DNA from: an uncultured Candidatus Saccharibacteria bacterium
GTDB taxonomy: Bacteria; Patescibacteriota; Minisyncoccia; Phycocordibacterales; UBA9973
Assembly (NCBI GenBank): GCA_964563615.1
Contig: CAZLWF010000005.1
Coordinates: forward strand, 1-59,474
Direction of reading: 5' to 3'
Length of the DNA stretch: 59,474 nt
A program made the translations under genes and the position numbers. The notes under the pieces are model-generated. The model was not told where the DNA came from, did no database searches, and worked only from the letters and a program-made list of their open reading frames with translations. Within the stretch, counting starts at the first letter, position 1, and every line of letters begins with the position of its first letter. Positions 56,892-59,474 of the stretch are shown here, in pieces.

Positions 56892-57704
56892 TTATATGCT
56901 TTTCAGTTGGTTAAAAGTGACACTACCAGAGAGATGTTTCTCTGCTTCAATGATAATTTTCTCCATCATTATTACCGTTTCGACTGGATACTTGCCTTTT
57001 GCTGTTTCGTCCGAAAGCATAACTGCATCAGCACCCTCGAGAATGGCAGTAGCCACATCGGTCACTTCCGCCCGAGACGGTGTAAGGTTTTCTACCATAG
57101 AAAGAAGCATCTGGGTAGCGACGATGACAGGTTTGCCTGCTTTTCGTGCTTTTTTAATTATCCGATCTTGTATAAACGGTATCTGTTCGAGAGGCACCTC
57201 ATTGCCAAGATCGCCACGGGCTATCATAACAGCATCAGCTTCGGCAATAATCTGTTCGAGCGACAGAAGTGCTATAGCTCTTTCTATTTTTGCTATTACC
57301 ATCTGTCTACCTCCAAAACCATGCACCAATCCTCTACATTTTTCTATATCCTCCGGACCACCAACGAAAGAAACAGCTACGTAGTCAACAGCATGAAGAG
57401 CAGCAAATTTTATGAACTCCTCATCATTGCTCGTAATCGATGAGAGTGCTCGAAAGTCATACGTATGACTCTCATTTTCCTGGACCCGAGGACCAGGTAA
57501 GTCGATGATAATCGGAATTCGCCGACCACATTCTTTTTCGAGTTGTCGTATAAAAGTGATTTGTTCTGCCCATAGGGCGAGATCGCCCCAGGAAAAGTTA
57601 AGTCTCACCACATCTAGCTGGTGACTCACCATCGCCCTTAGGATGTCTGCTTTTTCTGACACCGGACCGAGTGTGACTACAATTTGTGCTTTGGAATTTG
57701 TCAT
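56892..57704 (-). CDS. pyk: Pyruvate kinase, minimal (barrel only)
   Basis: TLGP, RLNFS, IAKIE, MIARGDLG, ATQML and VMLSDETAKGKYP, in only 270 aa. Confidence 0.85.
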   Translation of the reverse strand: MTNSKAQIVVTLGPVSEKADILRAMVSHQLDVVRLNFSWGDLALWAEQITFIRQLEKECGRRIPIIIDLPGPRVQENESHTYDFRALSSITSNDEEFIKFAALHAVDYVAVSFVGGPEDIEKCRGLVHGFGGRQMVIAKIERAIALLSLEQIIAEADAVMIARGDLGNEVPLEQIPFIQDRIIKKARKAGKPVIVATQMLLSMVENLTPSRAEVTDVATAILEGADAVMLSDETAKGKYPVETVIMMEKIIIEAEKHLSGSVTFNQLKSI

Positions 57705-58333
57705 GAGGGTACTTGTGATTCAGTCTGGCGAATCTCCTTGTGTATCATATGGCCAGTCTCGTCAATATCATAAATAAGAATCGAGCCAAAGGGTATCTCG
57801 ATATCTGCTATATTCTCGTCGGAAATGTTCTCAATATATTTGACGAGCGTGCGAAGCGAATTACCATGCGCTACGACCAGTATATTTTTATTTTCCATAA
57901 CTCGTGGCAAGATTTTTTCTAAAAAATAAGGGACCGCGCGATCATAGACCATCTTAAGCGATTCGCCATTGGGTATGGGATATTCCCAGCCTCGTCGGAG
58001 TTTCTTAAATTCTTCTTCGCCGAGAATCTTCTCCATTTCCCATTTATTCTTTCCTGTATAGTCACCATAATCGCGTTCATTCAAAGCGGCAGCGTGCTCT
58101 GTTGGTACTTTGTATCGCTTACATACATTGAGCATGCAGGAAAGTGTCTCAATAGAACGCACGAGCATCGAAGCAAAGGCATAGTCGATCTCGATATCTT
58201 GTATGAGGAATCCCATATCTTCGGATTTATTGAATCCATATTGGTCCAAATGGCGATCACGCAAACCTGTCCATTTACCGAGCTTGTTCCATTCTGATTC
58301 GTGATGTCGTGCCAAGAGAAGTTTGCTTGTCAT
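57701..58333 (-). CDS. gpmA: 2,3-bisphosphoglycerate-dependent phosphoglycerate mutase
   Basis: LARHHESEWN, WTG, LNERDYG, GESL and VAHGNSLR. Confidence 0.88.
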   Translation of the reverse strand: MTSKLLLARHHESEWNKLGKWTGLRDRHLDQYGFNKSEDMGFLIQDIEIDYAFASMLVRSIETLSCMLNVCKRYKVPTEHAAALNERDYGDYTGKNKWEMEKILGEEEFKKLRRGWEYPIPNGESLKMVYDRAVPYFLEKILPRVMENKNILVVAHGNSLRTLVKYIENISDENIADIEIPFGSILIYDIDETGHMIHKEIRQTESQVPS

Positions 58334-58336
58334 AGT

Positions 58337-59311
58337 TTAAGGATTAACAATATTCTCTGGAGTTCTGCCTTCAAAGAAGCTAATAATATTGCGAGCTACA
58401 ATTTCAGCCATCTGGTTTCGAGCCCCAATACTTGCCGAGGCAATATGTGGAGTCAGAATAATATTCTGTAATTTGAGAAGTCCCGGAACGGTTTTGGGTT
58501 CAAATTCAAAAACATCAAGAGCTGCACCGCTAATACTTTTTTCTCTCAAAGCCACCTCAAGAGCCTTCTCATCAATAATTGGACCACGTGAAGTATTAAT
58601 GAGAAAAGCAGATGGTTTCATAAGTCGAAGGCGTGCTTCATTTATCAGATGCCTTGTCGAATCAAGAAGTGGTACATGCAGACTCGTGACATCCGCCTGG
58701 GGTAAAAGCATCTCAATTGTACTACAGTATGTCGCGCCACACTCTTTTTCGATGCGATCATTTCTTGTCACATCAGTATAGATAATTTTCATACCAAGAC
58801 CCTTAGCATAATAGGCAACTCTCTCACCGATCCGACCGGCTCCAACAAGACCAAGTGTGCTCCCAAGAATGTCTGTACCAATAAACTGCATCGGCGCCCA
58901 GCCTTTATACTTTCCTCGCCTGACAAACTCATCAGCTTCGACAATTCTCGCCGCAAGAGCAAGTATGAGAGCTATTGTGTGTTCTGCGACAGCTTCAGTG
59001 GAAAGAGGAGCGGGAGCATTTGTTACTGTTATTCCAAGTTTTTTTGCTTCAGCCACATCTATATTGTCGAAACCAGTAGCATAGTTGGCATATAGTTTTA
59101 TGTTTGGCACATGATGAAATACTTTTGCATCTATCCTGTCAACCAAAAGGGTGAGTACTGCATCATATGGTTTCTTTTTCAAAAATGAAATGAGTTGTTT
59201 TTGAGAAAGTGGATAATCCTTTGGATTGATATCCACCGTATATCCTTTTTGCTTCAGCATATTAATTCCAATATTAGGGATTTGTCGAGTTACAAAAATA
59301 TTTTTTGACAT
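58337..59311 (-). CDS. D-isomer-specific 2-hydroxyacid dehydrogenase (glyoxylate reductase/D-glycerate dehydrogenase-like)
   Basis: ATGFDNID, EAVAEH, GAGRIG, LHVPL, INTSRG, DVFEFEP and TPHIAS. Confidence 0.9.
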   Translation of the reverse strand: MSKNIFVTRQIPNIGINMLKQKGYTVDINPKDYPLSQKQLISFLKKKPYDAVLTLLVDRIDAKVFHHVPNIKLYANYATGFDNIDVAEAKKLGITVTNAPAPLSTEAVAEHTIALILALAARIVEADEFVRRGKYKGWAPMQFIGTDILGSTLGLVGAGRIGERVAYYAKGLGMKIIYTDVTRNDRIEKECGATYCSTIEMLLPQADVTSLHVPLLDSTRHLINEARLRLMKPSAFLINTSRGPIIDEKALEVALREKSISGAALDVFEFEPKTVPGLLKLQNIILTPHIASASIGARNQMAEIVARNIISFFEGRTPENIVNP

Positions 59312-59355
59312 ACCTATATTTTAGCAGGTATCTATACAAATTGCTGACTTACACA

Positions 59356-59453
59356 GGGGAACTAGTAAATGGTATTGTGTGTTCCTAAAGAAAATATTAC
59401 TGCTCTGTTCAAATCCAGAGCGCGAGTGAAATAGTTCACTCGCTTACCCACCA
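59356..59453 (+). other. Degenerate tRNA-like/structured intergenic element
   Basis: It starts GGGGAACTAG, has AATGGTA and GTTCAAATCC, and ends ACCCACCA. The anticodon and acceptor stems are imperfect and an extra hairpin is present. Confidence 0.25.
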
Positions 59454-59474
59454 CTCGCTTTGCTCGAGGGTGCC

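Noticed and set aside
56838-57443. 201-aa and 166-aa plus-strand ORFs
   Set aside because: They are antisense shadows of pyk and eno with no motifs.
1-59474. UGA recoding (genetic code 25), as in Gracilibacteria/Absconditabacteria
   Set aside because: Well-conserved genes read through without in-frame TGA, and TGA ends ileS and 39534-40034 at natural coupled junctions.

Overview
A 59.5 kb stretch of a densely coded bacterial chromosome, with most genes on the minus strand. TGA is used as a stop, so the code is standard code 11. Gene content points to a Patescibacteria/CPR (Parcubacteria-like) genome; this is my inference, not a database result. The signs are the dimeric GlyRS, type-2 IleRS, secE-nusG-rplK with no rplA behind it, many short or lid-less enzymes, and N-terminally anchored surface proteins. 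Contents: four aminoacyl-tRNA synthetases (metG partial, glyQS, ileS, argS), recO, a thymidylate-cycle cluster (glyA, dut, thyA, dCMP deaminase-like, folA plus three unexplained nucleotide enzymes), secE-nusG-rplK, transporters, an accessory surface-protein region (about 28-53 kb) and a lower-glycolysis operon. I found no rRNA, no canonical tRNA, no CRISPR array and no transposase or integrase. The best second-look items are: (1) an Ile T-box riboswitch with an ultrashort stem I and a transcription terminator, with an antisense gene nested in the leader; (2) IleRS carrying both the GxHH signature and an inserted histidine-phosphatase domain; (3) the thymidylate cluster with a divergent ThyA and a cytidylyltransferase coupled to a pseudo-nucleotidyltransferase-deaminase; (4) three adjacent surface proteins sharing an unnamed N-terminal leader, two of them glycoside hydrolase-FN3-esterase fusions; (5) a Bacteroidota-type T9SS C-terminal sorting domain in an apparent CPR genome. 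All product calls come from motif recognition by eye.
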